A DNA stretch of 64,000 bases from Acidimicrobiia bacterium (GTDB taxonomy: Bacteria; Actinomycetota; Acidimicrobiia; IMCC26256; PALSA-610). The DNA is taken from assembly GCA_052148155.1 (NCBI GenBank), contig JBKQIY010000019.1, positions 21,964 through 85,963 of the forward strand. Reading direction: 5' to 3'. The first letter of the stretch is position 1. Every line of letters starts with the position of its first letter. The notes below the pieces were generated by a model. That model saw only the letters and a program-made list of their open reading frames with translations. It had not been told where the DNA came from and did not search any database. Positions 21,719-31,374 of the stretch are shown in pieces. The translations under genes and the position numbers were made by a program.

Positions 21719-21884
21719 GCGCCTGAATGCTCGACCATCGGAGCGTCGGCACGTGCGCCGAGCCGATGTCGACATCGAGCTCCGTGCCGCTCCGGTCATC
21801 GTGCCGGTCGCGATGCTCGCCGTACGACGGAGCAGGAGGCTACGTTCCCGCCGACGTCCGCGTTGGCGAGAGGGAGGGACGGCG

Positions 21885-22913
21885 GTGGCTGCATCAGAGG
21901 TTTGGGTCGCGTCCTCACGTGACGAGCTCCTCGCGGGTGCCGAACACCGCGTCCTTGTCACGCCCGGCGACGCCCGATCGGGTTCGGTGTTCGAGTTCGT
22001 CACAATCGACGGACAGCGATACTTCGCGAAGACCCTCGGCTATCGCACGGATTGGATCATGCGCGTCACCGGCGATCGTGATCTGCGGACCTTGAAGATC
22101 TGGCAAGCCGGGATCATGAGCGGTGCTCCCGCACAAATCGACCACGCCGTCGTCGGTATGGCGGCTGACGGCGAGAACGAGGACGCGCTGCTCACGATCT
22201 TGATGCGCGATGTCGGCAACTACCTCATTCCCGAGGGAGACAGCACGATCTCGCTCGAAACCCATCTCGGTCTCATCGATGGACTCGCGGCGCTGTCAGC
22301 GCGCTACTGGGACTGGCGCGACGATCTCGGGCTCACCACCATCGAGGAACGTCTGCGGTTCTTCGCGCCCGACAACATCGCGGCTGAGGCCGCCGGAGAG
22401 GATCCGCCGGCGCCGATCACCGTTGCCACCCAAGGCTGGCCCCGGCTCTCCGAGCAGGCGCCGGCCTTGGCTGAACTTTTGGCCGCGATCCATGCTGACC
22501 CGACGCCGCTCGCTGACGCCATGCGCGGGACGCCCTCGACGTTCCTGCAAGGCGACTGGAAAATGGGCAACCTCGGGATGCATCCCGACGGACGCACGAT
22601 CCTCATCGACTGGGCATACCCGGGTTCGGGCCCAGTCTGCTGGGACCTCGCGTGGTACCTCGCGCTCAATTGTCGACGCTTGCCGGTAACGAAGGAGGCA
22701 ACCATCGCGTCGCTCCGCGCCGCACTCGAGCGCCGAGGTGTGTCCACTAGCGGTTGGTTCGAGCTTCAGCTCGATCTCTGTCTGCTTGGCATGACCGTCT
22801 GCTTCGGCTGGGAAAAGGCAATGGGCGACACCGAGGAACTCGCCTGGTGGGAGAGTCGGGCCATCGCAGGCGCGCGTCATGTTCGCGCGCACTATCCGGT
22901 GCCATCTCTTTGA
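21885..22913 (+). CDS. APH/choline-kinase-like phosphotransferase
   Basis: QGDWKMGN and LIDWA motifs; GGGAGG RBS before GTG 21885. Confidence 0.8.
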   Translation: MAASEVWVASSRDELLAGAEHRVLVTPGDARSGSVFEFVTIDGQRYFAKTLGYRTDWIMRVTGDRDLRTLKIWQAGIMSGAPAQIDHAVVGMAADGENEDALLTILMRDVGNYLIPEGDSTISLETHLGLIDGLAALSARYWDWRDDLGLTTIEERLRFFAPDNIAAEAAGEDPPAPITVATQGWPRLSEQAPALAELLAAIHADPTPLADAMRGTPSTFLQGDWKMGNLGMHPDGRTILIDWAYPGSGPVCWDLAWYLALNCRRLPVTKEATIASLRAALERRGVSTSGWFELQLDLCLLGMTVCFGWEKAMGDTEELAWWESRAIAGARHVRAHYPVPSL

Positions 22914-23336
22914 GGTTGCACCTCCAAGATCACGCGAGCGACGTGAATCACGGATCAGACCAGCGTGAATACATCGTCGCTGAGAAGGGCCTCGGTTCGC
23001 GCCACAACCGGCCTCCGCGTCGGGTGCTATTTCGCAACGAGCGTCGCGACGTTCGCTTCGTACGCCGGGCGACGCCACCGAAACCGTTCGCCGGGAAATG
23101 GCATCGAGGTCGCGTGGGTGACGGCTGCGTTCCGAGGTGCTCCCGGTCGATCGCGAGCATTTCCAACGCGAGATCGGTCGCACAGACACGCCGGCCACGC
23201 CCAGCGCGCGGCGACGCGAATTTCCGAGTTGACGTCGCACAGACATGAGCCGGCGAGCGGCGAGAGGTTTTCGAGCACTACGTTGAAACCAAGTCGAACG
23301 TCCCGTCCGGGGATAGCGCCGTCGTGAGCTGAGCCT

Positions 23337-23603
23337 TTGTACCTTTACGCCGTGTACCTCGGAGGCGACCTCGCCAACGGCCGAATGGGTGAAGACCATG
23401 AAGTCGTCTTCGTCGTCGGTACAGATCCGAAGGACGTCCGACAACGCGCAAGAGCGAAGTGGACCGGCCACGGTTCGGCCCATGTGGACGCCATCCGGCG
23501 ACTCGACGCAATAGATGGATATGCCATCGCGCTCGAAGAGGTCGGCGGCAGCGACCAAACTGAGCTCGACAACCAATACGATCCGGGCGAACCGGGAGCC
23601 TGA
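23337..23603 (+). CDS. DUF1543-like small protein
   Basis: LYAVYLGG...EDHEVVFVVG...W...HVD pattern; 5' end irregular. Confidence 0.65.
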   Translation: MYLYAVYLGGDLANGRMGEDHEVVFVVGTDPKDVRQRARAKWTGHGSAHVDAIRRLDAIDGYAIALEEVGGSDQTELDNQYDPGEPGA

Positions 23604-24335
23604 CAAGTCGACGCGGTGAGAGCGACCGCGAACGACTCCAAAGGAACGCGTTTCGGCGAATTCGTCGAGCCGCTCGAAGTTGAATCCGAGGCTCCGGAGT
23701 GCCGACGACGCACAGCGCGAAGTCGACAGACTGAGTAGCCGAGAGAACGCTCGCACATAATGTGCTGGCCGGAGGTACACGGAGCGGTCCGGACTGACGC
23801 ACGCATGCCGCTCCGCGAATCTCTCGCGCTCGTTGCGAATCCGCGACCAGTGTTCGCGCATGACGTTGCCGCTGGCGAGGCAGGCGCAGGGGACTCGGAG
23901 TGCCCAGCCGGTAACGCACCCACGGCGCTTTGAGCATCGAGCATGGCCGCCGTGACGCGACCAGGCCCACGAAGCGCGAGTGCAACGGCTAACGCGGAAC
24001 TCGCGATTCTTGGGCGCTCGCTCTCTGACGACTTTCAGTGCGCGTTGGGCGAAAGACAGCCAAGACGGCCACCTTGACCTCACCCGCGGCCACTCACACG
24101 AAACGTCACGTAATGTCGACAACCGACGCCTAGCGACGGACACTCAATCGCCGTTCGAAAATTCGTAGTAGTTGACTTCCGAGAGAAACTGTCGCTCTCT
24201 CGGGACCTTGTGGTACTCGTCGGCTTGTCGGTGCCAGTCACTCCTGACGCGGCACGAAATTTTCCACTCACCTGGAGTCCGGTCAGCGCCAGTGGCCCGC
24301 TGGTAGGTCCTGCGGCCGTGCTCGTGTCACATCCG

Positions 24336-25121
24336 TCAGGTCGGGAGCGTGAGGAGCTCCTCGTAGAATCCGCCGATCTGACGGTCCCGGTCGACCGGGT
24401 GGATCTCGAGGATCCAGTGAGCCACGCGTCCGGACGGATCGGCGCGCCGCATCGGGTTCGTGTTGTCGCCGGTGATCATTGAGTCGTTTCGGGCGCCGTC
24501 GAAGAGCTGATGCGGGAATTCGCCAATGAGGTGCCCGCAGTGGAAGTTGCCGAACCCCCAACTGCGCTCTCCGCTCAATCGGACAACCTCGCTGTAAAGC
24601 TCTTCGCTGGTGATGTCGGGATGATCGTCGAAGTATCGCTTGCCGCCGGCGAACACCTCAGCCAGGTCGCCGCGCAGACGGAGCTTCGTGGGGTCGTCGC
24701 CGAGAACCCAGGTGCGGCCGAAGTCCGCTTCCCAGTTCTCGAACACAGGACCGAACGTCGGCGAAGACGATGTCGTCCTCGGTCATGGTGCGGTCGGGCG
24801 GATTGACTTGGTATGGCTGAAGGGTGTTCGGCCCCGACCGCACGATGCGCTTATGCCAGTGACGAGACACCCCGAACCTTTCGGCGGCGAGCTGACGGAC
24901 CGCCGCGCTGGCTTCGCTGTCGCGAACGCCAGGGCGTAAGACGTCGAGAGAAGTCACCTCCGGAACAGCTGCGACGCCTGTCGGTGCGCCCCGAGGAGTC
25001 GGGCTGCCCGCTCATGCTCACTCAGGTTCTTCGCGCCGAGCGGCTGCGGCAGCGAGCTGCCGATCCTGAAGGCGTCGTCGCTCGCCGGATCGAGCGGGGC
25101 GGAGTTGGTGGGCTCGCTCAT
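24336..25121 (-). pseudogene. M24 family metallopeptidase with two frameshifts
   Basis: AAGGAGG RBS + ATG 25121; HWHKRIVRSGPNT, DIVFAD/FGPVFENWEADFGRT, GHLIGEFPH, ILEIH, GGFYEELL; missing base near 24961 and extra base near 24756. Confidence 0.85.
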
Positions 25122-25169
25122 TGCGCTCGCCTCCTTCGATCGACGGGTTGTTGTCTTTGCGGCCCGGGT

Positions 25170-25420
25170 GGTGACAGCGAAGCCGCGAACGAGGGTGTGC
25201 GTGTCGATGGGGAGTGCTTCGTCGTCCCGGTCGGTGGTTGTCGAGCGGGCAGGTTTGCGTCCCAGGAGGGGGCTGCGGACGCCGGCGAGGATGGGGGCGA
25301 TGACATGTTCGCGTACTACGAGGAGTGCGGTGACGGTGCGGGGGCTTGGACGGGGGGAAGCCGACATCGTCGAGCGGATCTCCCGGGCCGGCGACCACGT
25401 CGAACCTGGTCGCCGCCCTG
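25170..25420 (-). mobile_element. degraded C-terminal remnant of a putative transposase-like protein
   Basis: RTVTALLVVREHVIAPILAGVRSPLLGRKP...DRDDEALPID matches from memory the C-terminus of a widespread actinobacterial IS-like protein; IS family not assigned. Confidence 0.45.
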
Positions 25421-25531
25421 GACGTCCTCGTGGTGATCTCCAAACTGCCCCGCGCAACAACCCCTGCAACGGCTGGAACCTGATGCCCAGGGGCCTCACG
25501 GTGTGGGCGCTGCAATGAAGCAGCAAGGTGT

Positions 25532-25598
25532 TGCTCATCGAGCGGTAACACTCCCTGTGAAGCAATCTGCTGCTAATCAAGCGGTAACACGCCCTGTG
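25532..25598 (+). repeat. 28-bp imperfect direct repeat (two copies, period 39) upstream of the Rieske gene
   Basis: TGCTCATCGAGCGGTAACACTCCCTGTG (25532-25559) vs TGCTAATCAAGCGGTAACACGCCCTGTG (25571-25598), 25/28 identical. Confidence 0.9.
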
Positions 25599-25610
25599 TA
25601 GTGCCGAAAC

Positions 25611-26744
25611 ATGCGCAGCGGATCATTTTCACCAATGATTCCGCAGCTGGGCTCGCGTGACCGAGCATCACCCGGGCACGCCCAGGGGAACCTGCTCCCA
25701 CCCGAGGCCTACCACGACCAGGGCTGGTTCGAGCGGGAGCAGCGGCAGCTATTCAGCTGCCGCTGGGCCCTCATCGCAGACCTAGAACAGCTCGCGGAGC
25801 CGGGCGACTACGTCACGGCGACGGTCGGCCTGGCCCCCCTGGTGGCACTGCGAGGCGAGGACGGACAGCTACGGGCGTTCCACAACCTGTGCCGGCACCG
25901 GGGCATGGTCCTCCTTCACGATGCCGGCAACGTGTCCCGCCGTATCGACTGCGCCTACCACCAGTGGTGCTACGCCCTCGACGGGTCGCTGGCCTTGGTG
26001 CCCCAACGCCGGGAGCAGTTCCCCGATCTCGTCCCCCTGAGTTGGGGACTGCTTCCGGCGTCGGTCGCCGTCTGGGAGGGGATGGTCTTCGTCCACCCCG
26101 ATCCCGCGGCCGAACCGCTGGACGAGGCGTTGCGCGGCGTGTCCGAGAACCTCGGCAGCCACCGGCCCGGGCTCCTCCGGCAGGTGGCGATCGACCATAT
26201 CGACGCCCACTGCAACTGGAAGCTCTTCGTCGAGAACCACGTCGACGTCTACCACCTCTGGTACCTCCACGCCCACAGCCTCGGGGACTTCGAGCACCCC
26301 CGGTTCGAGTACCGGCAGGTCGGCGCCAACTGGACCAGCTACGAGCCGCTGCGCACCGGGGACCTGAGCGCGGCCGCCCTCACGAAGGGGACGACGACCA
26401 TCGCCCACCTGGACGAGCGTGACCGCCTCGGGCTGGGGGCGCACATGGTGTTCCCCAACCTCCTCATGGCCACCGCGGCTGAGTTCTTCGCCACCTACGT
26501 CGCCCAGCCGGTGGCGCCCGACCACACGGTGATCGAAATCCGGGTCCGAGCCGAGGCAGACGCCGACGCCGATGCCCTGCTCGATGCTCTCCGATCCTTC
26601 ATCGCCGAGGACATCGTCGCCTGCGAGGGGGTCCAGGCGGGGGTGCGCTCGCCGGCGTTCGCGGTCGGCCCGCTGGCCCGCGACCTCGAACTGCCGATCA
26701 CCAACTTCCACACCAGCCTGCTGGCCCGCCTCGGTGCGACGTGA
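25611..26744 (+). CDS. Rieske non-heme iron oxygenase alpha subunit (choline monooxygenase/N-dealkylase-like)
   Basis: CRH...CAYH Rieske ligands; ENHVDVYHLWYLH and EDIVACE mononuclear Fe motifs. Confidence 0.92.
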   Translation: MRSGSFSPMIPQLGSRDRASPGHAQGNLLPPEAYHDQGWFEREQRQLFSCRWALIADLEQLAEPGDYVTATVGLAPLVALRGEDGQLRAFHNLCRHRGMVLLHDAGNVSRRIDCAYHQWCYALDGSLALVPQRREQFPDLVPLSWGLLPASVAVWEGMVFVHPDPAAEPLDEALRGVSENLGSHRPGLLRQVAIDHIDAHCNWKLFVENHVDVYHLWYLHAHSLGDFEHPRFEYRQVGANWTSYEPLRTGDLSAAALTKGTTTIAHLDERDRLGLGAHMVFPNLLMATAAEFFATYVAQPVAPDHTVIEIRVRAEADADADALLDALRSFIAEDIVACEGVQAGVRSPAFAVGPLARDLELPITNFHTSLLARLGAT

Positions 26745-26781
26745 CCGCGGCGGCCCGCCCGAGCGGCGGGGAGCGAGCGTC

Positions 26782-27384
26782 GTGATTGTGCCCGAACTCG
26801 TCCACGGCGCCTGGGCCCGGAAGTCGGTGTCGGTCGGGGGCGGGCCGCACTTCGAGACCCAGCGGGTGGTGTGGCTGCAGAGCGGCACCCGCTACGCCGA
26901 CATCCGGCTGCCCTTCCACCCGGCCGCGGACCAACGCTGTTTCGCGGGGTCGAGTGGCTGGGACGGCGACCGGTACCGCTGGACGCACCGTCTCGACCTG
27001 GCCGAGGTCGACTCGCCGCCGGCCGACGACATCGCCGACCTGATATCGGAGAACGGGGTCCTCGTCGAACGGGGCATCTTCCCCTCCGCCTCGGGAGCGG
27101 TCGCCTACGAGGAGGTGTGGGTCAGGCTCGCCGGCGCCGAGGGAACGTGGCAGGCAGTGGACGCACGCGACGGCTGCCTCGTGCGCGTCGGTGACCACGC
27201 CATCACCGTGGTCGACCGCCGCAGGGACGGGGGGCGCTTCGCAGCCAGTTACCGGGTGCGCAGCTCGACGGGCTGGAAGGTGGAACTCGCCCTGGGTGAT
27301 GCCACCGGCCTGCCGCTGCCCGGAGGGACCGAGCCCGGCTGGCTGGTCGTGCACGCCGGTGACGTCGGCGCGGTGACGGCGTGA
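26782..27384 (+). CDS. hypothetical protein, Hri1-like beta-barrel
   Basis: YADIR, CFAG, WTHRLD, VERG, YEEVW pattern resembles fungal Hri1; stop overlaps next start (GTGA). Confidence 0.6.
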   Translation: MIVPELVHGAWARKSVSVGGGPHFETQRVVWLQSGTRYADIRLPFHPAADQRCFAGSSGWDGDRYRWTHRLDLAEVDSPPADDIADLISENGVLVERGIFPSASGAVAYEEVWVRLAGAEGTWQAVDARDGCLVRVGDHAITVVDRRRDGGRFAASYRVRSSTGWKVELALGDATGLPLPGGTEPGWLVVHAGDVGAVTA

Positions 27385-28175
27385 GGACGCGGCGTTGGAC
27401 CGAGGAGGCCTGGCCGGATCTCGCCGACTTGGGATCGGGCGGCGGCTTCGAGGTGGGGCTCGTTCCCGTCGGCGCGACCGAACAGCACGGACCTCACCTG
27501 CCGACCGGTACCGACACGATCATCGCCGTCGGGCTCTGCGAGCGGGCCTCGGCGCTCACCGGAGCGCCGGTCCTGCCTGCCATACCTGTGGCCTGCAGCT
27601 ATGGCCACGGCACCCGCCTGCCGGGAACGCTCTCCCTCACCCCGGAGCTGTTGGCCGCAGTGGTCCGCCAGTACGCCGAATGGGCGGCAACGTCGGGGCT
27701 GACGCGGCTGCTGTTCGTCAACGCCCACTTCGGCAACTCCGCCGCGCTCGGCATCGCCACCGACCATCTCCGGCTCTTCCGTCCCGACCTGCGGGTCGGT
27801 GTCCTCGACTGGTGGGCGCTCGACCCCGAAGTCGCACGCGAGACCCTTGCCGAAGGCCCGGACGTGCACGCCCATCGGGCCGAGACGTCGGTCATGCTCG
27901 TCCTCGCGCCGGAGCTGGTCCGGCTCGACCGGGCGGCAGGGGCGGACGATCCCGACCGCACCGCCGGGCTCGTCTTCCGCTACACGGTGCCCGCCCTGTC
28001 CCTCAACGGCGTGACCGGGCGGCCGTCGGAGGCCAGCCGGGACCTGGGGGAGCGGTTGGTTGACCTGACGGTCGCCGCGATCGCGGCAGCGATCGAGCGC
28101 GGACGCCAGGAGAAGCCACCGCTCGGCGCCGCCGCGGCGCCGGCTCTCGACAAGGAGCAGTCATGGACACCGTGA
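27381..28175 (+). CDS. creatininase-family amidohydrolase
   Basis: GATEQHGPHLPTGTD, NAHFGN, DVHAHRAETS metal-binding motifs. Confidence 0.92.
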   Translation: MRTRRWTEEAWPDLADLGSGGGFEVGLVPVGATEQHGPHLPTGTDTIIAVGLCERASALTGAPVLPAIPVACSYGHGTRLPGTLSLTPELLAAVVRQYAEWAATSGLTRLLFVNAHFGNSAALGIATDHLRLFRPDLRVGVLDWWALDPEVARETLAEGPDVHAHRAETSVMLVLAPELVRLDRAAGADDPDRTAGLVFRYTVPALSLNGVTGRPSEASRDLGERLVDLTVAAIAAAIERGRQEKPPLGAAAAPALDKEQSWTP

Positions 28176-29539
28176 AGCCCATCGACGAAACGCACGTGGC
28201 GCTGGCGGCCCAGTTGGCTGCTGATGGCGTCCAGTACGTGCTCGGTGGCTGGATCGACGTCAACGGTCGATCGAAGTCCAAGCTCGTCCCCATCTCCCAC
28301 CTGCCCAACCTCCTGGCGGGGTCGGAGCGCTACACGCCCCGCGGAATCGACGACCTCGGGCGCATGACGCCGAACGAGGACGAGTGCGTCGCCGTTCCTG
28401 ATCTGGCCACGTTGCGGGTCTGCCCGTGGGACCGGCGGGTGGCGTGGACGGCGGCCGACCTGTGGTTCGGTGGCGACCATCCGTTCGCGCTGTGCAGCCG
28501 GTCGGTGCTGAAGCGTCAACTGGCGCTGGCTGCCGCCGAAGGCGTCGTGTTCAACCTGGGCGTGGAGACCGAGCTGTTCGTGTTCCGGCCGGAGTCGCTC
28601 GAGCGGACCGACGGCTACCTCGAACCCCTGACGCACAGCGGCAAACTTCGGCCCACCCAGGCCTACGACGCCGAGTCGGTCATGGATGCGCTGCCGTTCC
28701 TCGATCCCATGGCGAGGTACATGACCGAGACGGGATTCGACATCTTCAGCCTCGACAGCGAGGGCGGAGACGGGCAGTACGAGTTTGACTTCGACTACGC
28801 CCCGGCCCTGCAGATGGCCGATCAGCTGACGTTCTTCCGGCTCATGGTCAAGCAGGTGGCAAAAGAGGTCGGGCTGATCGCCACCTTCATGCCCAAGCCC
28901 TACACCGACGCGTGGGGCTCGGGCCACCACTTCAACATGAGCCTGGAGGACGCCGAGACAGGCACCAACCTGTTCCGGGACAACGACGACGCCCGCCGCA
29001 GGGGGTGGAGCAAGGCCGCCTACGCCTTCATGGCCGGGATCATCCGCCACGCCCGGGCCATCGCCGCGGTCGCCAACCCCACGGTGAACTCGTACAAGCG
29101 CCTGACGCCCCGCCTCAGTGACGGCTCGGTCTCGTGGGCGCCGATCCACGCCGCCTACGGCGACAACAACCGCTCCTGCATGTTGCGGCTGCCGCGCAAC
29201 CGGCCGGCGATCGAGAACCGGGCGGTGGACGCAGCGGCGAACACCTACCTCGCCGCCGCGTTCATGCTCGCGGCGGGCCTCGAAGGCATCCATCTCGGCC
29301 TCGACCCGGGTGAGCCGGTCGAGGACCTGACCTACGACTGGGCCGATCGGGCCGACATGGTTCGGCTGCCCCGGAACCTGCTGGAGGCGGTCGACGCCTT
29401 CCGGGAGGACCCACTCGTCCACGAGGTGTTCCCCGCCGAGTTCGTCACCGCCTACGCCGACATGAAGCAAGGGGAGTGGGACGACTACCACCGCCAGGTC
29501 GGCGAGTGGGAACGGTCCAAGTACTTGCTGGCCTTCTGA
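28163..29539 (+). CDS. glutamine-synthetase-like gamma-glutamylamide ligase (GmaS/GlnT-like)
   Basis: GVETE, EGGDGQYE, TFMPKP, GSGHH, NSYKRL, NNRSCMLR, ENR; WAP instead of EAP; AAGGAG RBS. Confidence 0.88.
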   Translation: MDTVKPIDETHVALAAQLAADGVQYVLGGWIDVNGRSKSKLVPISHLPNLLAGSERYTPRGIDDLGRMTPNEDECVAVPDLATLRVCPWDRRVAWTAADLWFGGDHPFALCSRSVLKRQLALAAAEGVVFNLGVETELFVFRPESLERTDGYLEPLTHSGKLRPTQAYDAESVMDALPFLDPMARYMTETGFDIFSLDSEGGDGQYEFDFDYAPALQMADQLTFFRLMVKQVAKEVGLIATFMPKPYTDAWGSGHHFNMSLEDAETGTNLFRDNDDARRRGWSKAAYAFMAGIIRHARAIAAVANPTVNSYKRLTPRLSDGSVSWAPIHAAYGDNNRSCMLRLPRNRPAIENRAVDAAANTYLAAAFMLAAGLEGIHLGLDPGEPVEDLTYDWADRADMVRLPRNLLEAVDAFREDPLVHEVFPAEFVTAYADMKQGEWDDYHRQVGEWERSKYLLAF

Positions 29540-29572
29540 GCCGATCCGTCACCAACACCTAAGGAGTCCCCC

Positions 29573-31228
29573 GTGTCCACACCGACGGCATCCCGAGCAG
29601 CCCTCCTTCGAGGAGGTCGCCCCCGCCTGTCCTGGCGGGTCGCCGCCGTGGCTGCGACCGTGGCGCTGGCGGCGGCGGCGTGCAGCAGCTCATCGAAGTC
29701 GGGGAGCTCAGCCCCGAGCACCTCAAGCGGCGCCAAGGTCACCGCGCCGGCGGTGGTCAACATCGGGTACGTCGCCGACATGGGGGTGCCCGACCCGGAC
29801 ATCTTCTACCAGGTCGAGGGCAACTCGGTGATCACCAATGTGTACGAGGGACTCGTCCAGTACGCCAACAACAGCACCAAGATCGTCCCCAGCCTGGCGA
29901 CAAGCTGGACCGTCTCGCCCGACCAGAAGACCTACACGTTCCAACTCCGCCCCCACGTCATGTTCCACGACGGCAGTGGGCCGATGACGTCGAAGGACGT
30001 CGCCGCCAGCTTCAGGCGCCGCTCGGCGCTGGGAGCGACGTCCCCGCCCGGCTACATGCTCCAGTACGTCGCCGGCTACGACACGTCGAACCCGAACGTG
30101 CTCGTGATCCATCTCACGCAGCCGGTCGCCCCCTTCTTGGACTATCTGGCCGCGCCCTACGGACCCAAGGTGGAGGACGCGGCCGGGTTGGCGGCCCACG
30201 CCGGCACCGACCACGACCAGACCTGGTTCAAGACCCACGACCTCGGCACCGGGCCGTACACGATCACCCAGTTCGTGCCCGGCGACCACTACGTGTTGAC
30301 CTCGTTCCCGCAGTGGTGGGGTGGCGTCCCGCAGGTCACCGAGATCCACATCTCGATCCTGCCAGATGTCGCCACCCAGCAGCTCGAGCTGCAATCCGGT
30401 CAGCTGCAGATGATCCTCCACGGCCTGTCCGCCCAGGACGAGGTGACCTACGAGCACAACCCCAAATACCAGATCGTCCGCTTCCCGGCCAACCAGAAGC
30501 TGCTCCTGGCCATCAACATGCACCACGGGATCTTCCAGAGTCTGGCCTTGCGCCAGGCCCTCCGGCAGGCGATCGACAAGGCGCAGATTGTCAGTGCTGT
30601 CTACGGCCAGGACGCCACCGTCTCCAACCAGATCTATCCGACCGGCGAACTACCGCTGCCGTTGGGGGCAGATGACCCGACCTACGACCCGAGCGTCCTC
30701 GCCAACCTGGTCAAGGGCCTCAGCGACAAGCACGTCGACTTGGCCTACACCAACGACGATGCCCGCAACCAGCGGGTGGCGGAGATCATCCAGACCGAGC
30801 TGCAGTCGGCGGGGCTCGATGCCACCGTCCGGGGCATCCCACTGACCCTTGCGTACAGCTTGTCCTCGGAGCCGTCCCAGCGGCCCGACCTGCTGTTGAC
30901 GACCACGAACCCCGACGCCTCCGCGCCCGACACGTGGGTCCGCATCTACCTCCACACCGTCACCTCCACCGACGGCTCGCTCAACTACCTAGACTGCTCG
31001 GTACCGGCCGCCGATCACGCCATGGACACCGGGCTGCACCTGACCACGCCCAGCGCGGTCGCAGCGGCCTACGGCCAGGCCGGCGACGACATCTCCGCTT
31101 CGGGCTGCATCGACAACATCGCCGACGTGCAAGACGTCTTCGTGGCCGCCGCCGGCTACAGCAACTGGTACCACCAGCCTCCGGATCTGCTGACCCCGAA
31201 GTTCGGGCTCCTGAAGCTCAGCTCATGA
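29573..31228 (+). CDS. ABC transporter substrate-binding lipoprotein, family 5 (Opp/Dpp)
   Basis: Lipobox AAAC; NVYEGLV, LATSWTVSPD, FHDG, GTGPY; AAGGAG RBS. Confidence 0.92.
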   Translation: MSTPTASRAALLRGGRPRLSWRVAAVAATVALAAAACSSSSKSGSSAPSTSSGAKVTAPAVVNIGYVADMGVPDPDIFYQVEGNSVITNVYEGLVQYANNSTKIVPSLATSWTVSPDQKTYTFQLRPHVMFHDGSGPMTSKDVAASFRRRSALGATSPPGYMLQYVAGYDTSNPNVLVIHLTQPVAPFLDYLAAPYGPKVEDAAGLAAHAGTDHDQTWFKTHDLGTGPYTITQFVPGDHYVLTSFPQWWGGVPQVTEIHISILPDVATQQLELQSGQLQMILHGLSAQDEVTYEHNPKYQIVRFPANQKLLLAINMHHGIFQSLALRQALRQAIDKAQIVSAVYGQDATVSNQIYPTGELPLPLGADDPTYDPSVLANLVKGLSDKHVDLAYTNDDARNQRVAEIIQTELQSAGLDATVRGIPLTLAYSLSSEPSQRPDLLLTTTNPDASAPDTWVRIYLHTVTSTDGSLNYLDCSVPAADHAMDTGLHLTTPSAVAAAYGQAGDDISASGCIDNIADVQDVFVAAAGYSNWYHQPPDLLTPKFGLLKLSS

Positions 31229-31263
31229 CAGAAAGGCAACAGCCGCGGGGAACATAGCCGTCT

Positions 31264-31298
31264 CGCGCCGGAGATCGCGCGGTTTCACCGGCGCGTTT
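31264..31298 (+). terminator. GC-rich hairpin followed by TTT after the substrate-binding protein gene
   Basis: CGCGCCGGAGA-10 nt-TCACCGGCGCG (1 mismatch) then TTT. Confidence 0.5.
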
Positions 31299-31374
31299 CC
31301 GTCGAGGTCATCGCCTCGCATCGTCTGAACCGGCCGGGGCGGATCCGCCCCGGCCCGAGGGCGTCGCGCCGGCG

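Noticed and set aside
21885-22913. Aminoglycoside resistance kinase
   Set aside because: Only generic APH-fold motifs; no specific similarity to resistance enzymes
22296-24143. 615-aa minus-strand ORF
   Set aside because: Overlaps two better-supported + strand genes; Arg/Ser-rich with no motifs
24150-24300. CCGAGAGA/TCTCTCGG hairpin and a short SnoaL-like reading (GEWKISCRVRSDW)
   Set aside because: Either could be chance; no U-tract, start or RNA family features
25532-25598. CRISPR array
   Set aside because: Only two imperfect copies with an 11-bp gap; no cas genes
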